64,000 nt of DNA. It comes from Longimicrobiales bacterium (GTDB lineage: Bacteria > Gemmatimonadota > Gemmatimonadetes > Longimicrobiales > Gaopeijiaceae). Below are positions 28,215 to 39,339 of this stretch, piece after piece; the stretch's first letter is position 1; each line of letters starts with the position of its first letter. The notes under the pieces were generated by a model. It was not told the origin of the DNA. It searched no databases and was given only the letters and a program-made list of their open reading frames with translations. Where the stretch lies: assembly GCA_965248195.1 (NCBI GenBank), contig CBDFIQ010000002.1, forward strand, positions 448,001-512,000. The letters run 5' to 3'. A program made the translations under genes and the position numbers.

Positions 28215-28835
28215 CTAACGCGCCACACTGAACGGCACCGTCGCCAGCTGGTCGTCGAACCAAATCGTGAAGTCACCGCCCTGCTGGGTCATGTTGGTAA
28301 AGGTGATGATGAGTTGGTCGGCCGCCCTCGCGATGGTCTGCACGGACATGGCGATGCGCAGGACGTCCTGCTCATCCGTGTATCCATACGAGCCCCACAG
28401 GGCGTTCGGGTTGGCTTCCCGGAAGGTCTGCTTCACGCCCCAGGCGGAGAAGATCAAGGTCCACTCGTCCTCCTCCAGGTCCGCGAAGATGCTGTATTCG
28501 CCGGCCGGAAGGCGCTGGTTGCCGAACATCAGGTCCGTCCCTGCGTAGAAACGCGTCGATATGTTGGCCCCGATTCTCCAAATCGGTGCCCCAAGGAGAA
28601 AGCCGTCTCCGTACGTGGGGCCGGACCCGAACATATTCTCACGGCCGCGTAGGATCGGGCGGCCATAGTCCACCACGATCCACCAGCCGCCCTCGTATTG
28701 ACCGTCCGCGTTGTACGCCCCGCCGACTTGCGTGTGCGCTTCTCCTCGCGGGCTCGGTAGACGGGCCTGGCCCTCCAAGCTGATAGGGAGAACGAGCAGG
28801 AAGGCTACGCAGGTGAGCACTCGAAGCATGGTCAT
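28215..28835 (-). CDS. DUF2911 domain protein
   Basis: SPRG...VDYGRP..RGR..FG, WRIGAN, LPAGEYSIF; signal peptide. Confidence 0.88.
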   Translation of the reverse strand: MTMLRVLTCVAFLLVLPISLEGQARLPSPRGEAHTQVGGAYNADGQYEGGWWIVVDYGRPILRGRENMFGSGPTYGDGFLLGAPIWRIGANISTRFYAGTDLMFGNQRLPAGEYSIFADLEEDEWTLIFSAWGVKQTFREANPNALWGSYGYTDEQDVLRIAMSVQTIARAADQLIITFTNMTQQGGDFTIWFDDQLATVPFSVAR

Positions 28836-28943
28836 CTCTCCTTGGTACTGGCTTGTCGGTTTTATGGACTATCGCTGGGCTGAGGCTGGAAGAATCCAAT
28901 CGTATACAATCGCGCTCCGGACAGGGTGCATCCGTGGCTCTCC

Positions 28944-31070
28944 TCAGTCCGGCAGGCTGAACACGTACAGAGCGTTTCCGTTACTCGGGTGCCGGATCTC
29001 GGGCGACACGAGCCTCGGGACGTTGCGAGGGCTTCCTCCTCCGAGTCCTGTAGTCACCGCGATGTACTGCTTTCCGTCGACCGCGAACGACGCCGGATGC
29101 CCCTGGACGGAGGTACCGAGACGGGTCTCCCAAAGGATCTCGCCTGTCCTCACGTCGAACGCTCGGAAGCGGCGGTCCAGGTCGCCCGCGAAGACGATGT
29201 CGCCTGATGTGGACAGGGCGCCCGTGATGAAGCTCGCCCGCTGCTCATAGCTCCACACTTCCTCCAGGGTGCTCACATCGTAGGCCGCGAGCTTTCCAAG
29301 GTTGCCGTCCGAGCCTGGCATCTCGAAGAAGAGGCGCGCCGCGCCCGTCCCTCCACCTCCTGCCTCGAGCTCGATCTCCCGCGCCTGGTTCTCCAGGCAG
29401 GTCTGGCTCAGAGGTGCGATCAGAACCCCGGTGGGCGGGTGGTAAGACATGGAGTGCCAGTCCTTGCCCCCGGCGCTGCTCGGACACGCCGGCGTCCACT
29501 CGTCGATCTGCGCGTCGATGATGTCGCCTCGATACGTGATCGCGCCGGTCGCGGGATCGATGTTCGTGAAGGCGTTCTGAAAGACCGTTTCAATGAATCC
29601 CAGGAATTCTCCGGTCTCACGGTCGTTCTTCCATAGGATCCCGTGCTTCCCGATCGACAGGACGAGTCGCCGGCCGTCCCGGTCCACGAGAACACGCTCG
29701 AATACCTCGTCCAGATCCAAGGCTTCGCCCGGGACGTGCACGAAATGCCACGCGAGCTCGCCGGTCTCCACATCCACAGCCACGGTGGCGTTCGTATAGA
29801 GCCCCTCATCGAAGATGGACATATGCCGGCTGATGGGCACCCAAGGCTTCGCTTGGGCCGTTCCCCAATAGGTGAGGTTCAGCTCGGGATCGTAGCTCCC
29901 CGTAATCCAGGTCTCACCGCCCTTCCTGAACATGTCGTCGAGGTCGCCCCACGTATCTCCCCCGGGCTCTCCGGCCTCGGCAATCGTATTGAAGCGCCAC
30001 ACGAGCTCCCCAGTGTTGGCATCGTGTGCACTGATGAAGCACCTGGACTCGATATATCTCGAGCATCTGGTCAACCCGGAGATCACCTTTCCGTCGGCGA
30101 CAATGGGACCACTCGTGTTCGAGTTCCCTTCTTGGATCATGGTTTCCCAGACCAATTCTCCGGTTCGGGCGTCGAGCGCTACCAGCCGCGCATCGGTCGT
30201 CGCCTGGATGATCTTGTCCTGGTATATGGCAATCCCGCGCATGCGCTGGGTGTTATCCGGGCCCGAGGCGTGCTCCCAGATCAGGTCTCCCGTCCGACCG
30301 TCGAGGGCCTGGATCACGTTGCCGGGATTGATCAGGTAAATGACCCCGCCGTACACGAGAGGAGCGGGCTCCGCGTTGCCGTCGTTCATATTCCACACCC
30401 ACTCGAGTTGCAGTCCGCCGACGTTGCCCGCGTTGATCTGGTCGAGAGGGCTGTAACTGTGAGCTTGATAGTTGCCCCGCATCATGGGCCAATCCGCGGG
30501 ATCTGGGTTCCGGAGCATTTGGTCCGTGATCGGCACGAAGTCCCGTGTCAGGTCGGCCACGGTGAGCGACTCCGACTCCGTGTTGGCGGCGACTTCGCCC
30601 ATGGTCTCGATGCCGAAGATCCATCCCCGGAGCTCGCCTAGCGGGTTCCCCTCACTATGGATCTGGACGTAGAGAGATTGGGCCTGGAGAGCTGCGACTT
30701 GCTCATTGGTAAGCTCGGCGGTCCCGCTGACTTCCCCTTCCGGTGAGGCGGTTACCTCGAGCGGCTGAGCCAGGGGCCCCGGCCGGCCGGGCGCACCGAA
30801 GTGAAGATGCGCCGCGGTGGCCGGTGAGCTCATCCCCCGATAGGTGCCCGTGACGGTAAGCCGGTTTCCGTCGAGCGTGGCCCGAACCTGGCCCAGCCCG
30901 GTCGTCGTGCGAAACGTGCCACCGGTGACCGGCAGGGGCGAGAGACGGGCTCGGAAGGAGTCGGCCTGAGCGGATACCTGGCCGGACGAGGAGAGCGCTG
31001 GGCCTCCAAGGGTGCCGCCAAGAAGGAATGAGAGGAAGAGTACCGACTCTCTAGCGATGCGAGCGTTCAT
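28944..31070 (-). CDS. CHRD domain-PQQ-dependent dehydrogenase fusion
   Basis: CHRD motifs TAAHLH and [19 protein letters not shown] propeller [28 protein letters not shown]. Confidence 0.9.
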   Translation of the reverse strand: MNARIARESVLFLSFLLGGTLGGPALSSSGQVSAQADSFRARLSPLPVTGGTFRTTTGLGQVRATLDGNRLTVTGTYRGMSSPATAAHLHFGAPGRPGPLAQPLEVTASPEGEVSGTAELTNEQVAALQAQSLYVQIHSEGNPLGELRGWIFGIETMGEVAANTESESLTVADLTRDFVPITDQMLRNPDPADWPMMRGNYQAHSYSPLDQINAGNVGGLQLEWVWNMNDGNAEPAPLVYGGVIYLINPGNVIQALDGRTGDLIWEHASGPDNTQRMRGIAIYQDKIIQATTDARLVALDARTGELVWETMIQEGNSNTSGPIVADGKVISGLTRCSRYIESRCFISAHDANTGELVWRFNTIAEAGEPGGDTWGDLDDMFRKGGETWITGSYDPELNLTYWGTAQAKPWVPISRHMSIFDEGLYTNATVAVDVETGELAWHFVHVPGEALDLDEVFERVLVDRDGRRLVLSIGKHGILWKNDRETGEFLGFIETVFQNAFTNIDPATGAITYRGDIIDAQIDEWTPACPSSAGGKDWHSMSYHPPTGVLIAPLSQTCLENQAREIELEAGGGGTGAARLFFEMPGSDGNLGKLAAYDVSTLEEVWSYEQRASFITGALSTSGDIVFAGDLDRRFRAFDVRTGEILWETRLGTSVQGHPASFAVDGKQYIAVTTGLGGGSPRNVPRLVSPEIRHPSNGNALYVFSLPD

Positions 31071-31342
31071 GAGATGCCTATGGGTTATGGCTCGGGATTG
31101 CCAAGTCCCGCTGCCGCCCGAACGTGGAAGGCAAGAGGGAAGGACTGCTCACGCTAAGTGGGGACGTAACGCGGAGCAAGATCCGCATCGGTACCGCGGG
31201 CATTACCGCTAGGCGATCGGGAAGGGCTTCGTCGAATAAGGCTCTACTCGTAACGGAGAGCGGTCATCGGGTCGACCTTGGTCGCTCGGCGAGCAGGGAT
31301 CCAGCTAGCCAGAAGACCCACCAGGACGATGGTGCCTGACGA

Positions 31343-31678
31343 TCACTCGGTGCGGACGAACTGAAGCGCCTCGTCCATCAATTTTCGCCACCGCCGTGCG
31401 TCACGTCGGTTTACCAACACCCACTCCTTGAATACGCGACCGGCCGGTGCGAACGCTTCACCCTCGCCCTTGGCGCTGAGTTCCTGCACCCGGTCACGTG
31501 ACAGCTTTACGATGAGGTCGCCCGAGCGGTGATCGCACGTTGCAAAGAAGCCGCCGCCCACCCGCAGGCACGGGAACCCCATGAGCGTCCCCTCGCTCAC
31601 ATCGGAGCGACTCATCAACGCCGCCGCAGTCCTCCAGAAAAAGGCACTCGCATCCGTCTTTGCCTTTACGCCCATCAC
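31343..31678 (-). CDS. TfoX/YjbR-like small protein
   Basis: MGFPCLRVGGGFFA...LIVKL...FAPAGRVFKEWV. Confidence 0.7.
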   Translation of the reverse strand: MMGVKAKTDASAFFWRTAAALMSRSDVSEGTLMGFPCLRVGGGFFATCDHRSGDLIVKLSRDRVQELSAKGEGEAFAPAGRVFKEWVLVNRRDARRWRKLMDEALQFVRTE

Positions 31679-32343
31679 TCGACTCCCTCTTCGGGTTCAT
31701 ACCTCAGTAGATAACCCGTCGCCGCGAGGAAACGCGGCCAGGCGCCCGCGTCGCCAACCAGCTCGACTTCGCCTTTTTCCCGTCCGTCGTCCCAGTCGAC
31801 ATCGCCCGCCGCCCATCGCTGCATGAAGGCTTCGTCAGTGACCACACACAGGGTGGGCGACGGGGCGGACCCGGGCCGCTGAACGAGTCGCCCGTTCTGA
31901 AAGGAAAGTGTACTGACCGCATCACCCACCTGCAGCTCGAATTCGTCGTCGGGTAACTGTGCAATACCCTCGACGTACGTCACATCGAAGAGTTGCTCGC
32001 CCGCATCGGGCGCTGCGCTGCGCGTCAGATGTGTCACTCCCCATTGCCGGAACGCTCGCATCGGTTCCTCGAGTGCGAGTCCCGATTCGGTCAACGCATA
32101 CAGGATGGGCTCACCGACGCCTGCGGGCCGGCGCTCGACGAGCCCGTGCCCTTCGAGTTTCCGAAGCCGATCGGTCAATACGCTGGTGCCCATTCCCGGC
32201 AGGCGATTGACCAACTCGCTGTATCGCCTCGCCGACTTGAGGAGTTCCTGCACGATGACCAGTGTCCATCGCTCGCCCACGATGTCCAATCCACGGGCGA
32301 GGGGGCAGAACCGTCCGTAACCGGTCCATGCATGTTTGGGCAC
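31675..32343 (-). CDS. HxlR family winged-helix regulator with SCP2-like C-terminus
   Basis: YGRFCPLARGLDIVGERWTL, LTDRLRKLE, YALTESG. Confidence 0.9.
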   Translation of the reverse strand: MPKHAWTGYGRFCPLARGLDIVGERWTLVIVQELLKSARRYSELVNRLPGMGTSVLTDRLRKLEGHGLVERRPAGVGEPILYALTESGLALEEPMRAFRQWGVTHLTRSAAPDAGEQLFDVTYVEGIAQLPDDEFELQVGDAVSTLSFQNGRLVQRPGSAPSPTLCVVTDEAFMQRWAAGDVDWDDGREKGEVELVGDAGAWPRFLAATGYLLRYEPEEGVE

Positions 32344-32352
32344 GTGACCGCG

Positions 32353-32715
32353 TTATGCCGGCATGAGCGCGTTGAAAGCTGCCGTATCGAACACGAGGCG
32401 CACGGATGTGAGGCGACCATCCCGCACCGTGCACCACTCCGACATCGTGACCGAACCAGCACCCGCCGGCGTTTCGATTTCGAAATCGTAGATCGAGCAC
32501 ACCTCGTCACCGTCTTCGAACTGCTTGAGTATGGTGTGGCCCTTAATGATCGATGCGAGACCGGACACCGCCTCGAAAAACGCGTCCTTGCCATCGACCT
32601 GCAGCATGGGTCCCTCGAAAGAGAAATCGTCGGCCACTAGCGCACGGGCTCGATCCATGTCGCCGGACTCGAACGCGCTGAGGTAATCGTTGAACACTTT
32701 TGATGCGGCTGTCAT
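32353..32715 (-). CDS. SnoaL/NTF2-like protein
   Basis: YLSAFESGD...LVADDFSFEGP...VRDGRL...FD. Confidence 0.85.
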   Translation of the reverse strand: MTAASKVFNDYLSAFESGDMDRARALVADDFSFEGPMLQVDGKDAFFEAVSGLASIIKGHTILKQFEDGDEVCSIYDFEIETPAGAGSVTMSEWCTVRDGRLTSVRLVFDTAAFNALMPA

Positions 32716-32736
32716 GTAACATCCATAATGAGAGTC

Positions 32737-32756
32737 TGATCTTATTATAAGAGTCA
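32737..32756. promoter_or_regulatory. AT-rich palindrome, candidate HxlR operator
   Basis: TCTTAT-T-ATAAGA at 32740-32752, about 25 nt upstream of the snoaL-hxlR operon start. Confidence 0.45.
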
Positions 32757-32907
32757 CATGACATGGCGCAACCCCCGTGCTCCGCAAATATCTGCTCCGC
32801 GTTGGCGGATGTTGACTTGAGGCTATATCCCGGAAGCGGATGCGGCCGAGACGATCAGACTGGCCGAGGAGTCAGCAATCGGACGCTAGGACGCTAACAG
32901 GCGCGCC

Positions 32908-34080
32908 CTATCGGTTCGCACGCTGCCCGTCGAGTAGATCGAGGTCGAGCGTGAACGAGAGCGGCACCGAGACCGGCTCGAAGCAGAGCCGGTCGTCGCA
33001 GGCCTGGTAGTCGAACGTGCCGCTCAGCGTCAGCGCGTCGAGCTGGGCCAGCGCCTCTGCGGCTTCCGGGGCTGCCGACACGACCGCCTCCTTCAGCAAG
33101 ATGAACGGACTCTGATACACGGGGACCCGTTCGTCGAGTGGCTCGAAGTAGTAGATCTCCGACGCGGGGAACTCCACTGGCTCGAACCGGACGTGAGGTA
33201 CCGGCGCGAGGTTGAGGGAGACGACCCGGTAGCCCATCGCCTCGGCGCCCGGCGCATAGACATGGATGGCCGGGTTGGGCTCGACCTCGACCGCGATCGA
33301 GAACCGGGTGCCTCGCGTGACGTTGGGGTTGCTCGGGTAAGCGGTAAACTTCAGGTGCGCGGTCGACCCCCTGATGGCTGCGATCGGGGACAACCCGGCA
33401 CCGAGCTTCAACATGACGTTCGCCGTGGTGTTCCGCTCCCGGTAGAACTCCTCGAAGAACCGCGACGTGACCCGGCCCGTGCGATCCAGCATGAACGTGC
33501 CAGGGAACGGCGTGCCGACAAACATCGGGCTGGCTCCGCCCACAGCGACGTACCTGGCCACGTCGGCGACGACTTCTGGATCGTCGCCGTTGGGACCCTG
33601 CCCTTCGGCCGCCACGGTGTTCAGGATGCCGAATTCGGTGATGACCTCCGAATCGTCATCGGACAGCAGGGGGAACGTGATGCCACGGCGTCGGCTGAAG
33701 TCGGCCAGCACCGCTTCCGAGTCGTAGCTGATGGCCGCCACGCCGAGCCCCTGATCTCGAAGCTCTTCCAGCCGGTCTTGCAACTCCACGAGCTGCGCTT
33801 TGCAATAGGGTCACCAGTCGGCCGAGCGGTGAAACAGCAGAATCGCCCCGTTGCGCCCCAGAATGGAGTCGAGGGTCCGGACCCGGCCGTTCTGGTCCGG
33901 CAGGCTGAACGCGGGCACCTGTTCACCCACCTGCGGGCCAAGCGACGCGACATCGATCGGGGTTCGAGACTCCATCTCGACCGCGATCGGGGTTCGAGAC
34001 TGCATCACGCGCCATCCGACGCCAAGCACCATAACCGCCAGGGCGATCCCCAGGGCGGCTCGTCTACCTTGCTGGTTCAT
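32908..34080 (-). CDS. Selenocysteine-containing AhpC/TSA-type redoxin fused to a DsbD N-terminal-like domain
   Basis: Track ORFs 33811..34080 and 32908..33789 are in one frame joined by TGA: LFHRSADW-U-PYCKAQL (UxxC); C-terminal YQACDDRLCFEP. Confidence 0.85.
33780..33796 (-). promoter_or_regulatory. Putative bacterial SECIS hairpin
   Basis: GCAGCUC-GUG-GAGUUGC stem-loop starting 14 nt after the UGA, with a G at the start of the loop. Confidence 0.65.
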
Positions 34081-34159
34081 GATGACCGCATCCTACCGTC
34101 GCGCGCTCGCCGGCGCCAGACACTGGGGTGGCCGTTATTGGCTTTGAAGAGTCCCGATT

Positions 34160-35176
34160 CTAAGGAGTGATCATGAAGACCGGCTGTACCCATGCGGCGT
34201 CGCCCCTTGAATCCGTGACCTTCGCACGTACATATCTTTCACGCCCCTGAAGTGTGTACACGGCGGGGTTTTCCGACGACACCGACAAAACCCTGCCCCC
34301 GGATCCGATAAAGGTCGTGGAATACCGGAAATCTCCACGCGGTGCGATGTGGATCTCGAGCCGATCCTCTTCCGTGACCACATCGGCCAAGCGAACGCCG
34401 GTGCTCGCATAAAACTGTCCCGCCTCCAGCTGCTGCATGATCTCGGCTGCGTCGAGGGAGCGGGCGCGCACGGAGATCCAACCCCGACCAGGATTGACAC
34501 GGTCCGCCGAGAACTCCCCCTGAAAGTGGTGCGCATCATCCACTGCGATTCCGTAGATTCTCTTTCCACCTGTGAGGAGAATATCCCAAATTTCTTCAAC
34601 TGAGGGAAACCCCCCACCGCCCTCGTTATGCACGGTCGGGTGGCCGTTGTAAATCTCGAGGAGGCGGTCATTTTCAACCTGGGCCAACTCCTCCGCGCCA
34701 AAGGCCCAGCCGAAATTGGGGTGATTGATGTGCGGCACGCCCTCCACCTCTCGAATTGCGTCCACATTGCTCTGGATGGTCGCGACCATCGTCGAACCGG
34801 TTCTGGGGTCCACCAGACCCGGAAGGTTTAGCCCGTTCACGTGCACGGGAAGGCTTTCAAAGCCGGATGTCAGCTCTTCGCCGGGAATGAGGATGAAGTC
34901 GGAGTCGGTGAGATGAGAAAGCTGAGCGGGGTCAGTGAACACGTTGTGATCGGAGATGACGAGAAAGTTGTACCCGTGTCCCTTGTACCATTGCGCTACA
35001 TACTCAGGTGACGAGTCGCCGTCGCTCTCTACCGTGTGTGCGTGCGTGTTACCCTTGTACCAAGACATTCCGGTCGTGCTGGGGACTTCGAATCGGGCTT
35101 GGGCGCCGAGGTGTATCCCCCTCCCAAAGAATACGGTGACCGCAAGCCCGGTAGCGATTAAGCGATGGAGGGCCAT
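34160..35176 (-). CDS. PHP-domain (CehA/McbA-like) metallohydrolase
   Basis: WYKGNTHAHT..SDG, ISDHN, GEE, INHP, DDAHH. Confidence 0.9.
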   Translation of the reverse strand: MALHRLIATGLAVTVFFGRGIHLGAQARFEVPSTTGMSWYKGNTHAHTVESDGDSSPEYVAQWYKGHGYNFLVISDHNVFTDPAQLSHLTDSDFILIPGEELTSGFESLPVHVNGLNLPGLVDPRTGSTMVATIQSNVDAIREVEGVPHINHPNFGWAFGAEELAQVENDRLLEIYNGHPTVHNEGGGGFPSVEEIWDILLTGGKRIYGIAVDDAHHFQGEFSADRVNPGRGWISVRARSLDAAEIMQQLEAGQFYASTGVRLADVVTEEDRLEIHIAPRGDFRYSTTFIGSGGRVLSVSSENPAVYTLQGRERYVRAKVTDSRGDAAWVQPVFMITP

Positions 35177-35291
35177 GTCCTTCTCCTCCGCGATGAAAGA
35201 GAGACTGTTGCAGGGCAGCGTCGTCTTCGGACAAGATGCGTCTAAGGCGTGTGGGGCGGCAAGGATGGCTCGGGTTGCTTAGCGTTCGCCG

Positions 35292-37859
35292 TCACAGTCG
35301 CGACGTCGGGAACTCCTCATGGTAGCGCGCGATCGCGTCCGTAGTCCCGCAGATATAGAGCGCGTCGTCGGATGAGAGCCGGAATGAAGCCGGGAAGTCC
35401 ATAACGACCTGGCCGTCCCGCTCCACCGCCACGATCGTGCAGCCTGTGCGTTCCCGAATCCGCTCCGCCACCGGGTTCTTCCCTGCGAGCCGCCCTGCGC
35501 CCACCCGCACGAGCTTGATGCGGGGCTGCAGGGACACCATCTCCCCCAGGACGTGGTACGCGAGGAGTTGTCCGGCGACCTGACTCACCGAGAGAGCGAA
35601 GTCCACGTCGGCACGCTGGATACGCGCCACATTCTCGGCCAGGTAGGCGCTGGCGATGATTGGCAGGTCCGGAGCATAGTCGCGGAGGACGGTGGCGGCG
35701 AGGACGGTGGCGCTGTCCGTGTCGAGGGCGAGGACTACGACCCGGGCCCCGGAGAGGGGCACACTCTCGAGCACGTTCCGGTCGATGATGTCACCCACGA
35801 CGTGGACACCCGGGCGCTCCACCGGATCGACGACGCACACTTCCTCGTCCACGGCGGTGAGAATCTCCGCGAGCTTCCGCCCGATGTCTCCGAAGCCGAT
35901 CACCACGATCGTCCCCTCCTGAGTGATGGGCCGGGCCATTTCGCTGAGTTTCTCGATGCTCTCCGGGGTTCCCGCGACGACCAGAATCGTGCCGGGGCGG
36001 ATGGTCTCGTCCGCGGCCGGGGGCGCGTGCAGGGCCGCATCACTCCACTGGCCGACGACGTTGGCCCCAGTGCGGGTGCGGATCCCGACTTCGCGAAGCG
36101 TGGTATCGGCCAGCGGGCTGGCATCATGGACCCGGAGCTCCGCTACTTCGAGGAGCCTGCTCAATGGCCGGACTCCTGTGACCCGCGGGGTGATCCTGGC
36201 GCTGGCCCGGGAGCTCAGGACCGCGGCGAGCACGTGGGTGGGGGAGAAAGTAACGTTGGCCCCGGCCAGCATCATCGGGGCCCGCCGGCGCGGGTCCTCG
36301 ATCATCGCGATGATCGGGCCTTCGTACCCCACTTCGCGGGCGCTGAGCGCGAGCAACGCGTTGGCATCGTCCTCACCATTGAGGACCAGAGCCTGGGCGC
36401 GAGCCATTGTTCGAAGGTCCAACTCCTGTTCCGCCAGCATCACGTGCACCACCTGCTGCCCGCGTGCGTGGAGGCGGCGCGCCGCCGCTTCGTCCTCCTC
36501 GATCACGACGGAAGCCGTGCCCCGGCGATCGAGTTCGCTCAGCAGGGAATCCACCTCCGGGCCGTATCCGTAGACCACCACACCTCCGTCCACGTTCGGC
36601 AGAGCGAGGGGCAGTCGTCCCTCGAAGGGCTCCACCAATGCCGGAGCGCCGAACTTGTCGGTAAGCAGTACGCCGAGGGCGCCCCCCTCGGGGCGCGCTG
36701 CCCCGCCCTCGAGCAGCACTGAGCAGCCCTTCAGCGCGAGCGGCGTGAACAGGTTGAGCACGAACATGGTGAAGATCAGCACCGAGAAGATGGACGGGTC
36801 GATGGCGCCCTGGGTTAGAGCCAGCGCGGCGAGGATCATCGCCAACTCGGCGCGCCCGCACATGCCCACACCCACGGTAAGGGCTTCCCGCACCGGCAAC
36901 CCCATGCGCAGCGCCATGCTCCCCGCGCTCACGATCTGACCGACGATCACCGACGTGGTCAGCAGTGCCAGGAACGCCATGCCCGAGGGGCTGATGTCGA
37001 AGGTGATGGAGAAACCCAGCGACATGAAGAAGATGGGTCCGAGGAACGAGTAGGCGATCCCGTAGGAGCGATCCGCCACGACCCGGACCAGGTTCGGGTG
37101 CGCCACCTTCTCCTCGAAGAACAAGCCGGCCAGATAGGCCCCCAGGATCATGTGCAGCCCGATGGCCTCGGCGAAGAGGCCGGCGGCGATGGCCACGAGT
37201 AGCACGAAGGTGAAGCCTTTGCCTCCCTCGCTTCGGAAGGGCAGCGTGAAGCGCGGGTAAGCGAACCGACCGAGCAGCACGGCCAGGCCGAAGAAGGCCA
37301 CTACCTTCGCCAGCGTGACGGCGATGCTCATGGGCTCGAACGACCCGCCGGATAGCACCCCGACCACGAGGCCGAAGACCACAAGGGTCAGCAGGTCGTC
37401 GATCACGCAGCTCGCGACGATCACCCGTGCCACGCGGGTATCTGCGAGCCCCAGGTCCTTGAGGGTCTTCAACGTGATCACCACCGCGGTGGCGGTCATG
37501 GTGAGACCGACGAACACGGCACCTACCGGATCCAGCCCGAACGCGGTCGCCACTCCGAAGCTGACCCCGAACGGCACGATCGCGCCCACTAAAGCAACCC
37601 CGATCGAGCGCTTCAGGGCATGCAAGAATGCGGTGGGCTGGGTCTCCACCCCGGCGTGGAACATGAGGAAGAAGATCCCGATGTCGGCCAGGAGCGTGAT
37701 CGCCTCACTGGGCTCGATGAGGCCGAAGACTGCCGGTCCCACCAGCACGCCGACGATGAGCTCACCCATGATCGTGGGCAGCCCCAGCGGGCGCAGGGTG
37801 ACCGCGACCAACCAGATGCCGGCCAGGAGGATCAGCAGATCGAGGGCGACGTCATGCAT
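35292..37859 (-). CDS. CPA2 cation:proton antiporter fused to tandem TrkA-N/TrkA-C domains
   Basis: GELIVGVLVGP, ATAVVIT, VIDD, GRAE; two GxG Rossmann-type (YGYG, IGFG) and two TrkA-C modules. Confidence 0.92.
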   Translation of the reverse strand: MHDVALDLLILLAGIWLVAVTLRPLGLPTIMGELIVGVLVGPAVFGLIEPSEAITLLADIGIFFLMFHAGVETQPTAFLHALKRSIGVALVGAIVPFGVSFGVATAFGLDPVGAVFVGLTMTATAVVITLKTLKDLGLADTRVARVIVASCVIDDLLTLVVFGLVVGVLSGGSFEPMSIAVTLAKVVAFFGLAVLLGRFAYPRFTLPFRSEGGKGFTFVLLVAIAAGLFAEAIGLHMILGAYLAGLFFEEKVAHPNLVRVVADRSYGIAYSFLGPIFFMSLGFSITFDISPSGMAFLALLTTSVIVGQIVSAGSMALRMGLPVREALTVGVGMCGRAELAMILAALALTQGAIDPSIFSVLIFTMFVLNLFTPLALKGCSVLLEGGAARPEGGALGVLLTDKFGAPALVEPFEGRLPLALPNVDGGVVVYGYGPEVDSLLSELDRRGTASVVIEEDEAAARRLHARGQQVVHVMLAEQELDLRTMARAQALVLNGEDDANALLALSAREVGYEGPIIAMIEDPRRRAPMMLAGANVTFSPTHVLAAVLSSRASARITPRVTGVRPLSRLLEVAELRVHDASPLADTTLREVGIRTRTGANVVGQWSDAALHAPPAADETIRPGTILVVAGTPESIEKLSEMARPITQEGTIVVIGFGDIGRKLAEILTAVDEEVCVVDPVERPGVHVVGDIIDRNVLESVPLSGARVVVLALDTDSATVLAATVLRDYAPDLPIIASAYLAENVARIQRADVDFALSVSQVAGQLLAYHVLGEMVSLQPRIKLVRVGAGRLAGKNPVAERIRERTGCTIVAVERDGQVVMDFPASFRLSSDDALYICGTTDAIARYHEEFPTSRL

Positions 37860-38336
37860 GCGGCGAATCTAGCACGGGGGTGCTCACCGGTTACCGGAGG
37901 ATCTTCGGTCGTACCCGTACGAGGATCCGGAGATTTCTAGAACGCGCTCGAGACTATTCCGAAGTAAAAAGCCAACAGCACCCCGAGGACGATCACCCAG
38001 CGCAGAGATGCCGTAGAGGCCCTGTACGCACGCTTGCGGCGCTCGCTGAAGAGATAATCGGGTTCGCCGAAGAGACTCATGCTGCGTTGATGCGAGTGAC
38101 GGGATCGGACATGGGCACACTCCAAGATCAGACCAAGATCAACATCCGAGATAAAGCCCGTAGGCGCAAGCACCAGCGCGTCACCACCTCTTTGTCATCG
38201 ACGGCGAGGATCCCGAGGGCTCGGTCAATTAGCGTCCGTAGTGGGTACTGGCGTTCGCTCGTGCCACATCCCACGTTGACTCCCCGCTGATCCGACGCGG
38301 GACCATTGGCGAATCCCCCACGACAAAGAGGCTATC

Positions 38337-39254
38337 ATGTCGACGACGCAGCCGATTCTGCTCTTCGGCCTTCTTGTAGTCCTTCCCGTCGGCGCGTCCG
38401 CGCAGGAGATCGGGCCGGCCCGCGGCAGCCTTGTGGTCAGCGGCGGTGGCGAAACAACGAGCCACATCCGCGAGCGGTTCATAGAGCTGGCCGGTGGCCC
38501 CGACGCTCCAATCGTGGTCGTTCCCACGTCCGGCCGCGACGACGACAGGTACCACGCGTCTTGTCCTTGCCTGCGGCGCTTTTGGGATGCCGGGGCACGG
38601 AATCTGACGGTGCTGCACACGCGGGATCGGAATGTGGCTGACTCGGACGCGTTCGTGGAGCCGCTGCGCCGGGCGCGGGGAGTCTGGTTCATGGGTGGGA
38701 GTCACTGGCTCCATACCGACGCTTACCTGGACACCAAGGTACATGAGGAGTTGTTTGCGCTGCTGGACCGGGGTGGCGTGATCGGCGGGGGCTCGGCGGG
38801 CGCCCACATACAGGGCGAAATCATGAACGTCAGTCGGACGCCGGAACGCGAATTCTCAGAGCGTACGCTCCCACGCGAGGACTGGCGGCGAGGCTTCCGG
38901 CTGCTCAAGAACGTGATTATCGACGTGCACGTCCTCGTGCGTAACCGGCAGTTCGACATGATCGGCGTAATGAAGACCCATCCGGACATGCTCGGGATCG
39001 CCATCGATGAGAACACCGCGATCGTCGTCCAGGGTGACAGCTTCGAGGTCATCGGCACGAGCTATGTGCTCATCCATGACAATCAGCGGGAGCTCCGACC
39101 TGACGGGCCAGAGACGATGCGCACCGTCGGAGGCCCATTCTATTTCCTTCGGCCTGGCGACACCTACGACCTGAAGGCGAGAGAGGCCTTCCGGGCCTCT
39201 AGGACGCAGCAGCCCATCCCCCGGGTGGTCCCGCGCCGTGGGGGCGCTCCCTGA
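38337..39254 (+). CDS. Cyanophycinase-like peptidase S51, secreted
   Basis: SGGG, WFMGG, GGGSAGA, IDVH...RNR, GIAIDENTA. Confidence 0.9.
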   Translation: MSTTQPILLFGLLVVLPVGASAQEIGPARGSLVVSGGGETTSHIRERFIELAGGPDAPIVVVPTSGRDDDRYHASCPCLRRFWDAGARNLTVLHTRDRNVADSDAFVEPLRRARGVWFMGGSHWLHTDAYLDTKVHEELFALLDRGGVIGGGSAGAHIQGEIMNVSRTPEREFSERTLPREDWRRGFRLLKNVIIDVHVLVRNRQFDMIGVMKTHPDMLGIAIDENTAIVVQGDSFEVIGTSYVLIHDNQRELRPDGPETMRTVGGPFYFLRPGDTYDLKAREAFRASRTQQPIPRVVPRRGGAP

Positions 39255-39339
39255 GCCGGTCGCAATTAGAGCAAGGCCTCTCCGCAACCGTGCCGAAGGA
39301 CGGATCATCGCGTAGATCGAGGAACCCTAGGAGGTACAG

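Noticed and set aside
31160..32810. Integron attC-like half sites (aacgcggagca at ~31168 and its inverse at ~32793) around the tfoX-hxlR-snoaL genes
   Set aside because: Only an 11-bp match; no complete R''-L''-L'-R' structure and no integron integrase seen
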